The notes beneath the pieces were generated by a model that made no database searches, was not told the DNA's origin, and worked only from the letters and a program-made list of their open reading frames with translations. Position numbers and translations under genes: made by a program. Positions 50,616 to 63,470 of a stretch of DNA of 64,000 nt are shown here, one piece after another; positions within the stretch are counted from its first letter, which is position 1, and each line of letters begins with the position of its first letter. Source of the DNA: Leptogorgia sarmentosa (Eukaryota). The DNA lies in NCBI GenBank assembly GCA_964658305.1, contig OZ210885.1:558001-622000 (forward strand), read 5' to 3'.

Positions 50616-53600
50616 GTTAAAATCGGAACTTTTGCATCAGTACCTGTAACGTAAAATAAGAATACTTATAATATTTATCCTCACATATAGCACAAAATTG
50701 AACTGTGAAATGCTACCACGCGATAACTCGCCATAAGCACAAAATAGCCAGCTCTACGGAGACTTGGTTTAAGGTGACTTAACCCTTTGTACGTAGTTAC
50801 TTGTCAAAAAATAACTAGTAGCAGAGAGCTGTTGAGTTTGGATGACGAAAATGCAAAGTTTAGTCGTAGTATAGAATTTCAATACTCAGATAGTGAATGA
50901 CTATTTATCAAATTTTAGATATAGCAGCTACAATGGATACAATACTCCAAGAAGGCAGCGTATAGGTAGCATTATTTAATTACAATACATATAAACTTTA
51001 AGATTACATCCTGTACTTGAACAAAATTAGAAGGAAAAATTAGTGAAACCTGATTGGCTAATGAGGAGGCTATTTTTTCTTAATTCAGGCGCATAGGCGT
51101 TGGGGACCAGTAATTCTGGGGGGTGCATGGGGTCTTTTCGCGCAAAAAAATCCACATTGCCCTTTGCATATGGCCTCTCTATAGGCTCGTTTGCACTTGC
51201 AAGTTTTGCTGCGATTTTTAGTGGGATTTTCTCCTTCTGATGGATGCGAAAGAGTGGATCACCAACGAATGTGCCGAGTGTGTGTTTCCCCACCTGAACA
51301 TTCACGACTGGTTTATTCATTCACATAACACATTCACACATTTAATGGCTTCCTCGCAGTATTTGTCGTGTGTGAAATCGACGAATTAGTTTCAGGCAAT
51401 TTGGTAAATATTTAGACAAATTTATTGAATGAACCTGTCGTTTATAAAATTTATTTATTCATTTCCCAACGTTTTTAAGTAACATTAATAAATATATTGA
51501 CTGTTTGTTTGTTATAAAGTGCCGAATCTAAAAACAAAATGAAGCTTCTAGTGAAATGTAAGCTGAAATTTTTGTCATGCGCAGCTCAAGCAATACAATC
51601 ACCAAAGAAAAAGTATTGAAAAACATAGCACACAATGGAAATAACTACATTGTGACAAAATCAGAAGAATCAGTTTTTGCTGCAAAGTATAAAATTAATC
51701 TATTGAAATAATTGAACCCACCATATTGAACATGCTCAGGCTTACATATTAGGAAACTGATGCTCAAAAGTATAACGTGCTACTTTAAAAAGACAAAGTA
51801 TGAAGTATGAAAGACCAGAGAGTTAGAGAAAATACGAAGTTGATTTTGGAGTTGCCTATAATTATTTTATATTTTAAAATTTTTTAAACAATATTTTTTT
51901 TAAACAACAATTTCTCATTGGACACAGAAAGATAATTCTCCACTGAAAAATTGCTAGATATTCCAAAATTGGTCGATAAACTACTAGGTGATTGGTTTTT
52001 AGATTTCTTTACTTGGTTTCAAGATACATGCAACCAAAGGGACATACTCTAGAATTAGCGAGTCACACTGGCTTTCATGTTTTGTGTAATTTTTTAATTG
52101 ATCAGGAGGCTCGTCTACGTAACATCAGTTCCTTCCGTTCAAATACTTTTAGGGTAATTTTTGGCCCACACAGTAAATCATTCAAGCCTTTTGTAACTTC
52201 TTGTCAGAATTTAGATCTCAACGACTACAAATATAGTCACTGTTAGAGTTAGAGGCGAAAACAAAGAATATTTTGGCGTCCTACTATTCCGCTATAAGCC
52301 TTACTGAACTGGAGCTGAAATAATAATAAAATATAAAACACTGTTTGTGCCTTCATTAGGGGAGACAGTAATGTGTCGTGTAGCTACTTGAACTTATTTA
52401 AGGTGTAGCCTAATTATTATGATCTAAAGGCAACGATATATTATATGTTTTAGGGGGTTCAAATTGGCTTTCTTTATATATTACGAACTAGATTTATCAA
52501 CTTATCCTATTCTTAAGGACTGGATCGACACACAAGCAACGAACGATGTTTTGGTCGTTGTACGTCCTCTTGAAATAATTCATGGCGGAAACGAAACCCC
52601 AATACTCGATTGTTGCCAAAAACTACAGTACGCATAATTATATTTTTCATACAATGTTGAAATTGATAGGTAGCTATATATTTTGTAGCTAACAATGAAC
52701 TCCGAGATTCACATATTTTTAGTTCAAAAGATCGAGCACTTTAACTTGAGAGTGAGAAGGTAACAAAATCAAAACTACGATGGCGGGCGATATTTTCTTG
52801 TTTATAACTCTCGATCGTTAATGGCGATAGATTCAGTTGTCAAGTCAAATTGTTATGTCATCAAAAATTTGTGTCTAGACTTTACTGGCATATTGCCGGT
52901 AGCCTAAAATAATGTAATTTATATCATGATTACAAACTCTACAAATTATATAGCCAAGGATTCCATGTATATAATATGTAATATGATTGTAAAATTTCAA
53001 ACATTGAAACTGTCAAAGGTAGTGTATATTGTCGTCGATAGTATATACACGCTAATCCGAAATGAATAGGCCTTTGTACCTATCACATTATTACATGATA
53101 ATGTCGCGTGCTTAATATCGTGCTGTAATACATTCATTATATTCCCTAAAATATATGAATATTACGCAGAGAAAATCAAACGTGTCTTAATTTTGTTTCG
53201 TTGATAAAATACTAGCAACTGCATGTAATGATTTTAAATAAAAAAGTTTGATAAATGTCAGAGTAGAATCAAATACCATTCCATGCTGGAAGCCAAACAT
53301 GTTGGATTAGAGTTTCCTATAGCATTCACAAACATTCCTTGGCCTTTCACCGACCTAAATTACTGCTACACTATTTGATATTCCACTTAAGATATTTCAA
53401 AATATTTTAATGGCTTAATGGCAGTCGAAAATAGATGAAATATATATAGGCAGTCTATGAAAGCATCCTAGAAATAATTAGGTTATTCGCAAGTACAAGC
53501 AATGCAGACACGCTTTATTACCAATACAATGAAATTGCTTACCATAACAATGTGGAAAGTCGCCTTTATGTGAAGCCAGTTACTCTCAATGTTTATATGT

Positions 53601-55422
53601 TCGGCTGTTTTCGATATTTTACATTATATTTTCATCACAGCAAAAGCAAGAAGCAGTGACTGTTATATCAAAATATGCCAGACGATTTGAGCAATTATGC
53701 CAAGGTTATAATATTTCATACTGTTTTGACCGGATATTTGGTATGTGGTATGTACAATAATCTGGAATGATTGTCTTGGATTCGGTGATGGTCATTGGTG
53801 GTTGTTGACCCGACCCGCATTATCAGCCAGGAAGGATGGGGGGTTGTATTGTACTAAAAAATCTCGTATTAGTAAATTTAGTAAACTTTTTGTACCAGAT
53901 GTCTTAAGCCTCAATGCACTTATATTATAATTTTGACAAAAATGAATCGTATATACCTAAACCGTGCAAAGCGTTCATGATCCATCGCGAGTGATCGTCA
54001 GTGAAATCGTTACGTTAGTATATACATATGTAATTTATGATCTAAAGCTTCGTTTACACCAACAAGTTTTATTTGGCAAGTTCCACTTTGCAATTGTTAT
54101 TTGCTGGTGTAAATTAGAAAAAAATTTTCAATGACAAGTGTACTTGTTGAAAATCTAGCATGCCAGCTTTTGAACAAGTACACTGGCCAAAGAAACGTGT
54201 AATCGAGGCTGAAGTATAATTCGTATATATAATGGGTTGGAAACTTGGAATGCCAAATTTACTGCCGAATTTACTGAATAACACCAACGCTGCATAGAAT
54301 TAAAAATACATCATCCAGATATAGAAGAAAGGCTGTAGCCTATATGGCTATATCCAGCCAATTTTTCACGCATGTGTTGGAAAAACTGGCGGCAAACAAA
54401 TAAATAACGGCTTACCATGACAGTCTTGACAGATACCAAAACAACATTGATATAGTCGATGAAGCCAGGATAATTACAGCGAAGACTTCATACATTCAAT
54501 ATTTATTGATACACATCTAAATCCATATTAGTTTACGTACACACTAGTACTCATCTGTGATCGTATAACTATTATAACAATAAATATTTCTAGCTTATTA
54601 ATGAAGGAATCATTTTATTGAGTCATACTATTGGGATCAATAGGAGTGCGATAATGACACTGCGGTCTGCTGTCACTGCATCGGAATGTCGAACCGTTTG
54701 CTAACTTTGCTTCATTGCTTGTTAATCGCAATCCGCGACTGGGCTTTGCATTGATCATGTTATCCGAACCGTATGTCAAGTGTCAAGTTATTTAAAGAAA
54801 TACAAACGTCATTACCTGCAAGAGTTTAGTGACAAACCAGCCGTACCAGAGTTCAGTCTTGGCTTCGTCTCTATCCGGATATCGCACTATAGTCTGGCAT
54901 TTCCCGAATAATTACTTTATCAGTAGTGGTTGGTCAGCACTTCAGGGAATACGGAAACACGTGCCAAGCAATTGAGATATTAGCTAATATTAGCTGCGAG
55001 ATAAGCCTTGGTTTGAAAAAGTTTGAAAAACGTTTTTGTTGATGTTGGCCACAACGGGATATCTGCACGAGGAACGTGAAATGTTAATCATGTATTGATA
55101 TCCACTGTCACTTTGTTGGTTTTACGAATTGGCATTAACTGCATCTTTGTTGGTTTTCTTGGTGTTAGATAGGAAAATGTTTAAAGAAACTGGCATAGGT
55201 TTGAGTTCAACATTCAGTGATGATATTGACGACTACATGATGTAAAAGAAATCCGAAATGTTATTAATATCTGATATCCAGTTCATTGATTTTATTACTT
55301 CGCAATCGCTTTGTCAGCAGTTTTCGTTTCCGTAACGCATTAATTGGTTAGCGTCACAACATGCAGTATAATTACATGGAAACCAACAACACACGTGGCC
55401 AGCGTAGGTAGCACTTCAGGAT

Positions 55423-55529
55423 AACGAACAAGAGCAGGAAGGTAATCTCACTACCTAAACGATAAAACAGATTCTGAATCCGTTTTATCGTTTAGGTAGT
55501 GAGATTATCCCGTTGCTGCTCTTGTTTGT
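55423..55529. repeat. About 105-bp near-perfect palindrome
   Basis: AACAAGAGCAG..TAATCTCACTACCTAAACGATAAAACAGATTC-T-GAATCCGTTTTATCGTTTAGGTAGTGAGATTA..CTGCTCTTGTT. One arm matches 18421-18470. Confidence 0.8.
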
Positions 55530-56529
55530 AATTACACTGATGTAAGTTCGCTTGGCTTGAGATGCGGAATGGACGAATCTGATATTGATAAAACTCTGGC
55601 AACATGTTAATATGTCGATATAGGAGGTTTACACTTGGATATGCATCCGGGTGAAAATATGAGATATATTGCTGGGTACAAAGGGGCAAAGGAGAGTAGA
55701 AGAGAAATAATGTAATGAAAAAAGAAATTTGTGATCGCAGTCAAGTATTTCTACCAAATTGAAGTCTTTAATTAGTGCGATTTACTTCATGACTGCTCAG
55801 AGCTGCTTGAAACTTGCGGCTCAGGAACTCAAATTTCTTGGTGTTAAAATCAGCTTGCTACCATTAAGTATTATATAGCTGCATAACACGCACGAGTTTC
55901 GGTGTTTATACGTTATATTTACGTTATAATTTATACGTCGTTTAGGTTAAACGCCTTTGATACAACCAGCCCACGACAATCAAACTCTTCTACGTTTGAT
56001 CTTCAGCAAACCTGTTACTCCCAGTGGACTATTCCTTAGCTTTTATCGATATTCGGTATTTTGCAACATTAATGTTGTCATGGGCCTGAGAATTCAGGCT
56101 AACAATGTTGACCAGTTGAAGAAATTCATTCGATTTGGTCACAAATCCTGTCGTATATATTGCATGATTAATAAAAAGAAAATGCGACCGACAGATTAAT
56201 TGAGCTTGCTCACACAAGCTGCACGAGCGTTTTCACAAAAGCATTGGGAAATATATTTTTAATCATTTCAGTTGGTGGGAATTTCAAATGTAAAAAAAGC
56301 ATTTTCAATTAAAAATAATTTAATCGACCCATTCACAATAAACTAAAAATCTAATTTCTACACCTGTAAACAGTAAACACGGCTGGCATTTGATTGCACT
56401 ACTATACAAAAGTCCAAAATAAATCAAGCCTAATACCCAAATACTACTAACTCAAAAATTGTATTCATTATCCTGATTGAAATAATTGTCTAATTTTGTC
56501 CCGTAATCTATGAATTAGTTTTCCATGAT

Positions 56530-58304
56530 TTAAAAAGCGGTGTTACATCCAGCACTAATAGTGCCAGTATTCCCATACTTCCTTGCTATACCATTTTGGT
56601 AGCCATCGTAAAGATTATGGGCTACAAGAGTGGCTACAACATGGTCTACAAGACGGGCTACAGGAGGGTGTACGGGATGGGGTACAAGAGGGGCTACAAG
56701 AAGGCCTCCATCACCGCCATCAATTTCTGTTGCACCACAGACGTGAGTATATTCTGGGGGAAGATGCGCAATTCCATCACCTTTTGCTACGAACCTTAGA
56801 GTACGACCACAACCAACCACCTTTCTGTAATAACTAGCGAAATCTTTCTTACCAGTCGCTGGAGATCCATACGTAACTACTGCATCCGGGGCACGATTAA
56901 GCTTTCCAGCGGCATACACAGCCGCGATAGTTGCTTCGGCTGCACCAAGACTGTGACCAGTGAGGATGATTTTGTATCCAGTAGAAATCGCTAATCTATA
57001 TTGTCTTTCAAACCAACTGGCAATGTTCATGTAAGCAATTTTGAATCCTGTGTGCAGCCGGAAAATGTTTCCTTTTACAACTGTACGGGAAGATGATGCA
57101 TTCAAATTCTTCAGCCAGTCAATACCTTGATTTGTTCCAGTAAAACCAAAGACAATTATGCGGTGGTTGTCGTTGACGAATTTCAGTACTTCAGTATCCC
57201 TGTTTACATGACTTATTGCTTGCCAGTTACCAATACTACACGCTGGTCTATCATAAGGAGATTCATACTTCGGTATAATCAAAAGCATTTTGATATAGCT
57301 GTACGATTTGAAAGCAACACCAGCACCACGATTGTAATTTGGACGAAGAATGGCATGAGAAGTTTTTTTACAAAGGCATCCATGGTTGCGATAACCTCTG
57401 GGACATTCTGAGCAACCTTTTGAATTTCTAAACCAAAGCCCGCATTTATCATACCAGGGACAGCTACTCTTGTCGGATCCAAAAATGTGAGCGTCACGAA
57501 AGCAGGTCATCAAACCATGACCAATAAGCCGATAACCAGCTGGACAGTTTCCAAAGCACTTGTCGGTAGATTTATGGGGATAATTTCTAGGACAATTACG
57601 ATAGCAGAGTGATGCTTCTTCAGAGGGGTGGCTTGATGGGCAACCCAAACACACGGGACCAACCGGTCTTGCGAACGCCCAGTCACTTTTTCTTTCACAA
57701 GGTTTGTGGCACCAAATCCCTCGAGATTGAGGATACCCGTAGGGACACCTTGGAACGGACTTCCAAGACTTACCAGTGTTTTCCATGATCTTACCATTCT
57801 GGAGGTACCTGGATCCTTGAAAAGGTAGATAACTAGCCTTACAAACAGCAAGGGTGAGTCGGATTACTCTCGTGGTTTGAAGGGCGTTGATTTGTGTGCA
57901 CACAGGTAGAAATGTTATTACTGCTAGTTGAAAAGCGATTCCAAAAATTGCCTATGGAAAATAGAAAAATATAGAACTTACTTATTGGTTAAATGAGTTG
58001 AAATTCATTGTATTGGTAATTATCCATTAAAGTGCACGCGTATATTGCTTAGAACACACATTCAAGATAAGATAAACACAAAACTGACGAAAGCGCATGT
58101 GAGAAATTTCATTTTCTTTTCATTTTCGATATACGTCATCGCACTCTTTGAAGGCCTTTTAACAATTAAATGCACATAATTAATAATTAAAGTGTAAATT
58201 ATATAAATCGTCACAAGTTTTTCGACTGGACCTGACAGTTTCTGATTTTAAAAAAATTATTATAAAAAGTAAATATTGGTAAACCAACTTAGTAAACTTA
58301 CCAT
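56530..58304 (-). CDS. Secreted class-3 (fungal-type) lipase with Cys-rich insert (474 aa)
   Basis: complement(join(56530..57951,58302..58304)); the first coding exon ends ATG|GTAAGT. Signal MAIFGIAFQLAVITFLPVCTQINA; FGFTGT..DWLKNL, LHTGF, ILTGHSLG, TYGSP, KGDGIAHLPP, AHNL. Confidence 0.85.
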
Positions 58305-58689
58305 TGTTTGTAAATTGTGACTCAACTATTTTCTCGATAGTGCCTTAATTGGGTTGAAGATTTGCTTTGATGCGCAAGAATTTATTCACGTTTCCACTGA
58401 ATTTCATTAAACTTTGCTCGGTAGATTCACTTCACCACGGTTCTACCTATGCGAAATTTATTATTAGTTCACTTTTACAACTGACGTGGGCGTTTTTGAG
58501 TGAATACAGTCCTATTTCAAATTAACATCACAATAATTTTTAAATTTAATGATATAGTGACTCGGTGAAATAGCAAAATATGCTATGATTGGCAGAAAGT
58601 TCTTAAAGCCGTTTTGTTTTAACAACAAAACTATTCAATAATGAAGAGATGAACAAAGGCAAATTCAAGACATGGGCAATAAGGCGGAT

Positions 58690-59398
58690 TATTATATGGC
58701 TGACATAAATGGCGCACGCTGATTGGTTGATTAGCGGTCCGGAAAAAGTCATCTTGCCCGCTCAGGAAAGTCATCTTGCCCGCTCAGGAAAGTCATCTTG
58801 CCCGCTCGTGAAACTATTATACAAATTAAATTTTTAAGGAAACTAAATCTTATTATGCCGTACCGTGACGTTGAAGAACACTCCCCGATTGAATTTTGCT
58901 GTCCCAGAAAAACACACGATCCAAAATGCTGAGTTTTAAAGTGAAAATAACGGCGAACAAAACAACAGTTCGAAAACTGTTGCGAACGTACATTGTTTTC
59001 ACAACACTTAAATGGCTTCATTTCGCATCGAACATTTGTTGTTTATCACGACATTTACATTATATTTTTTTATTCAATTTTTTCCTTTGTTGTATTTTTA
59101 TTGTTTTGTTGTTGTACAGCAGTGAACGGCCAGAAAGCGCCATTCAGTATGCCAGTGTATACGGCAGAACGTTTCAGCAGCGAAAGTGTTTTCTAGTTCT
59201 TTCTACAATGTCAGAACAAATTGCGATCGAACAAAGCCATATAATAAATCCCTTATTAACCTCGTTTGCTCGGTCTGTACGGGAAAGTATTGCCTTCGGT
59301 TTTTAACGCACAGACCTCGCTCCTTCGTCGCTCGGTCTGTACGAAAACCCTCAGGCAATACTTTCCCGTACAGACCTCGCACTCGGTTAATAAGTCCT
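58690..59398. mobile_element. Non-autonomous repeat with internal tandem (GGAAAGTCATCTTGCCCGCTCA x3) and terminal hairpin (about 59250-59398)
   Basis: Tandem at about 58741-58807. Inverted repeat CTTATTAACC..GGTCTGTACGGGAAAGTATTGCC / GGCAATACTTTCCCGTACAGACC..GGTTAATAAG. Confidence 0.55.
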
Positions 59399-60220
59399 TA
59401 ATACAAAAGGACACTATAGGAAATGCAGTTTCATTATCCGACATGCAAAGAAATTTTAAGGACGTATATTAAGAGTTGATCATTTTAACATTTTTTCAAC
59501 GTTTGCTTTGTATATAGGGTTGTGTTTTGCGACCGCGGAACATTTTCATACTGATCGAGTCGACAGCAACGCCCTCTGTGGCAAACTTTGCGAATTTTCA
59601 AACTTTATTAGCATCTTACTTATCAGTCTCCTTAATGCCTTAAAACATCTCTAGTGTAGAAATTTTGCAGTAAAATTTTAGTATTCAAAAAAGTTATACA
59701 CTAAAGAATTTAATTAAAGTTTGATATTATTAGCACTGATGAAGATCCGAGCTTTAAAATAATATTTTCACCAAGGAAACTTTTAAAAAATTGATTGCTA
59801 AAGCATTTCCGATGGTATATGAAATAAAACACATTGATAGATCGTGTAGTAAACAAATGACGTAACATTGACACCTGGAGAACACTACCTTATTAGGATA
59901 TAAACACGAGGGCAAGATATATAGATATGTATGTAGCAGTGGTAGACGCATTAAATAAATAAGCACACGACTATAAAAGAGATATATTACAGATCGGAAC
60001 ACTGATATTGTCGAGATGTAGTTATAATCTTCTTTAGGGTCGCCCATATTTTAAGGAAGTTAGAAAGGTTCGCGTTGTGGAGGAATTATTCAGCAAACAG
60101 CAAACTCGCAATTTTGTTCTCTGCCTTTTTTATCAGTGAGCCAGTTTGTGACATCGTAAATGACGACGACAAAAGACATCCATAGCTTGATTCGAGGTGT
60201 CCAAATTATTGAGCAGTTTT

Positions 60221-60676
60221 ATTTATTTAATTATTTATTCATTTACAAACTTTGCCGTTTCCGCCAGGCAATAACCCCACAGAGATGAACTCCAATTATG
60301 GGGTGCTTTTTTACCTATAATTACATAGCTACATGTGAAACAAAAATCATACACAACACAGTACAATACAGTTATTTCAGCAACATAACTTTACTCTAAG
60401 AGTGGTTAATGGACGACACGAATCACGAATGACATGACACTTTACACACAGTTTTAAAAATTTGCGGAATGTCAACTTGGTATACATGCTCAGTTAAATG
60501 TGCTAATAATCGAGAAGTCCAGTTTTAGATTGCGAGAGGAAAGTTTAGTGTTGCGCAGTTGTCCTGGCAGAAAGTTGAATATTCTGGGAGTCCTGCAGTG
60601 GAAGCTGATTTTAAAAGTTAATGTGTTGGCTTTTGGGATGTTCAAAGACCAAAGTGATCTGATGATATGATCTGAT
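60221..60676 (-). mobile_element. 5'-truncated LINE (CR1/L2-like) 3' end
   Basis: ORF2 C-terminus-like FKISFHCRTPRIFNFLPGQLRN, (TAAA)n-like tail, GTTTT TSD (60216-60220, 60677-60681). Empty site in the paralog at 63267-63271. Confidence 0.75.
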
Positions 60677-60920
60677 GTTTTCGACCACACATGAACATTC
60701 CGGATTATTCGTCATTGCGCGCAAGGTGTTCAGTTACAAATACGCAACGACATGCCTTTTCACAGACTTTGAATAAGAAAAGTTTAATGGGCTTCCTCAT
60801 GCATGTTCTTGTCAACATTGTTATTATGTTAAATATCTCATCATTTTCTCCATGATTCTAGACTGGGATATTTTAATGTATTATAGCAATTACTCAATAA
60901 GTGAACTCAACAAACCATGC

Positions 60921-61163
60921 AATAGACCTTATACCGATTATTCACATTATCCCCCAATGGCCTCGCTTTCACCCTCGATATTAATTCGTATTTCGTGCGC
61001 AATGTGATTAAAATTTAGAAAGATTTTGATTGAGTTTACTGTCAACAAACAAATTAATTCGGAAAAGGTCGGAAAATAACCCTCACGTGTGCTTATCAAA
61101 CGAAAAGAAGCAAACATGAAACCGAGGCCATTGGGTAAACAAGAATAATCGGTAAGGTCTATT
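60921..61163. mobile_element. MITE-like element
   Basis: TIR AATAGACCTTATACCGATTATT..CCCAATGGCCTCG / CGAGGCCATTGGG..AATAATCGGTAAGGTCTATT. Confidence 0.7.
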
Positions 61164-61169
61164 ATCGTC

Positions 61170-61229
61170 TAGCCTGCTCGCAGACGCCGTTTATTAATGA
61201 AATGATAAACAGCGTTTGCGAGCAGGCTA
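61170..61229. mobile_element. 60-bp hairpin mini-element
   Basis: TAGCCTGCTCGCAGACGCCGTTTAT...ATAAACAGCGTTTGCGAGCAGGCTA. Confidence 0.6.
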
Positions 61230-62599
61230 ATTACCGTCTGGTTTCGTGACAAAATCATTGTTCTAGCTGGAGAGCGGAAACCGATATGCAGTTTCCAATA
61301 AATTGCGAAACTTTTAAGTTAGTTGATATTTGATAAAAATAAACAGTCGAAACAACGTCATGTTCACTCCACACGAAATACGGTCGTTTTTATATGTTTC
61401 CGTAAAAACCCCGCTGATAATTGACTTATTTTGTGTAAAAATTAATCTGACGCTGCATGTGATCCTGATGAAATACGAATAGTAATATTAATGCTTTGTG
61501 TGCAATCGCTTCAGATTTCCTAGATGCAATATGGCTATAATTAGAATTAAATGCATAAACTTTAACATTCAAACTAAAGAATACATATGTTACAGTAAAA
61601 TTTGGTATGTCTTAAATTATATGAACACGCGGCATGTATTAACTTTCCGTATACAATATAACTAGAAAGGAAAAAATGTTAAAGCACACTAACGCAACAC
61701 GATATACTGCATGTATACTTTACAGCGCCCGAATTTTTGTTACACATACATATATATCAAGAGATAATAACATTTTTGCCTTCACTTATACATAAAACTT
61801 AGCGATCGAATCCTCCGTCCTGTATACTATCACGTTATAGATGCAACGCACCTTAAACCAAACATCTCGGCACACCATAATTCGCTATATAATTATAGTC
61901 ATATATGAACCTCTGAGTAAGCCATAGACATATATAAAATGAATAAGCCATATATTCTCCCTCCCTAAACCATATTTTGCCTATGGTGAAGCGCGTAAGT
62001 CTCTATAAAGCTTACTATATCCTACACGAAGAGTATTTAATAATTATAGAAACTTACCTCAATGTCTGTAGTGAATAAAACAACGTCATTCCAGCTCTGA
62101 AATCTGAATTGAAAATTAGCTGCGCTCTTATCTTCACTTATTTTATTGGTATAAATCCGATACGTATTACATCCATATTTGTCACACTTGCCTCTTATTG
62201 GGTGAAATAATGTTTTATTTAGGAATTAGTGATCGATAATCACTCCATATCAGTTTACAAATTCTTTGTGTAGTAGTAGCTAGTATATATACATTAATTA
62301 GTAGACTGTTTAGAGTTTTTCCCCCCTTAAATGGGATTTCCTTCTGTTCTAGTTAACCATCTAAGTTCATGATGCATTTCATTTTTCCTAGAACTTATCC
62401 AACTTTCTGTTGCAGAGCGAAAAAAATTGAACGCTTTGAAAAATACCCGCTTCATGAATTGTTTTGAAATGTAGAACTTAAAAATATTTAACCCTATGAC
62501 CGCAACATCGAATAATAGGTTTTTCCCCGCTGATTATCGATCGATTAAACCTCACTTTGATTATTGTTGTGGAGTTTGAGACATTATTCGTAAACTGTT

Positions 62600-62930
62600 T
62601 TCCTCTGCGTAACTCATTAATTGAGTCAGCGTCACAACATTAGATGAAAGTTCGCTTGACTTGAGACACGGCTGCTGACGGACAGATGATATGGATAAAA
62701 CCCTGGTTGCATATTAGCATGTGGATATACCAGGTTCAAACTTGGTTAATGCGGGTGAAAATATGAGATATATATTGCTGATTAGCTACAAAGGGTAAAG
62801 GAAAGTAGAAGAGAACGTTGAAATGAAATAATAAATTTGCGATCGCAATCATGTTTTATAGGAAAGTGAAGCCTTTAGTGAGATTTAGCTACTTCATGAC
62901 TGCTCGAATCTGCTTGAAACTGGTAGCTCA
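62600..62930 (+). repeat. Diverged direct duplicate of about 55330-55365 plus 55540-55825
   Basis: Shared blocks such as GCGTCACAACAT, AGTTCGCTTG.CTTGAGA, CGGGTGAAAATATGAGATAT and ACTTCATGACTGCTC. Confidence 0.7.
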
Positions 62931-63241
62931 AATCAAACGATTAAAGTTCAATGAATCAATGTGCAAGGCAACTTTGAACCTTGCTAATTAGTTAGGATGC
63001 GCACGCATCTATAAACAATGCACAACGCACAATGAACAATGAACAATGAACAATGAACAATGCCCAATGCACCTTGTCATAATGTAAAAGAGATCACTAC
63101 GCACATTAGTCAGATAGCTTGTTTTCTGCGCTTGACCGCGTTTCAGCTCCCTAAAGACTTCCTTTCCCGGGAACGTGAGTAACTTTCTTGTATATAAATT
63201 ATAAAATTTTCTCATGAAGCTATGAATTCAGGATAACCTAA

Positions 63242-63470
63242 TACGAGGTGTCTAAATTATTGAGCAGTTTTCGACCACACATGCGTTAACATTCCGGATT
63301 ATTCGTCATTGCGCGCAAGGTGTTCAGTTACAAATACGCAACGACATGCCTTTTCACAGACTTTGAATAAGAAAAGTTTAAAGTGCTTCCTCATGCATGT
63401 TCTTGTCAACATTGTTAAATATCTCATCATTTTCTCCATGATTCTAGAATGGGATATTTTAATGTATTAT
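63242..63470 (+). repeat. Direct duplicate of about 60193-60220 plus 60682-60885, lacking the LINE insert
   Basis: Near-identical sequence either side of the insertion point. Confidence 0.85.

Noticed and set aside
54413..54495. Minus-strand hydrophobic mini-ORF MYEVFAVIILASSTISMLFWYLSRLS ending at a GTAAG donor
   Set aside because: No downstream exon continues the frame convincingly; may be a non-coding exon or chance.
56583..56837. Plus-strand ORFs with GYK/GLQE periodicity
   Set aside because: Antisense shadows of the 12-nt repeat within the lipase CDS.
58028..58112. MKFLTCAFVSFCVYLILNVCS as the lipase signal exon
   Set aside because: Stops after 28 codons with no strong donor. ATG|GTAAGT at 58302-58304 splices in frame and the next exon supplies its own signal peptide.
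63009..63215. ORF ending HCSLFIVHCSLCVVHCL
   Set aside because: The periodicity comes from a (CAATGAA)n microsatellite.
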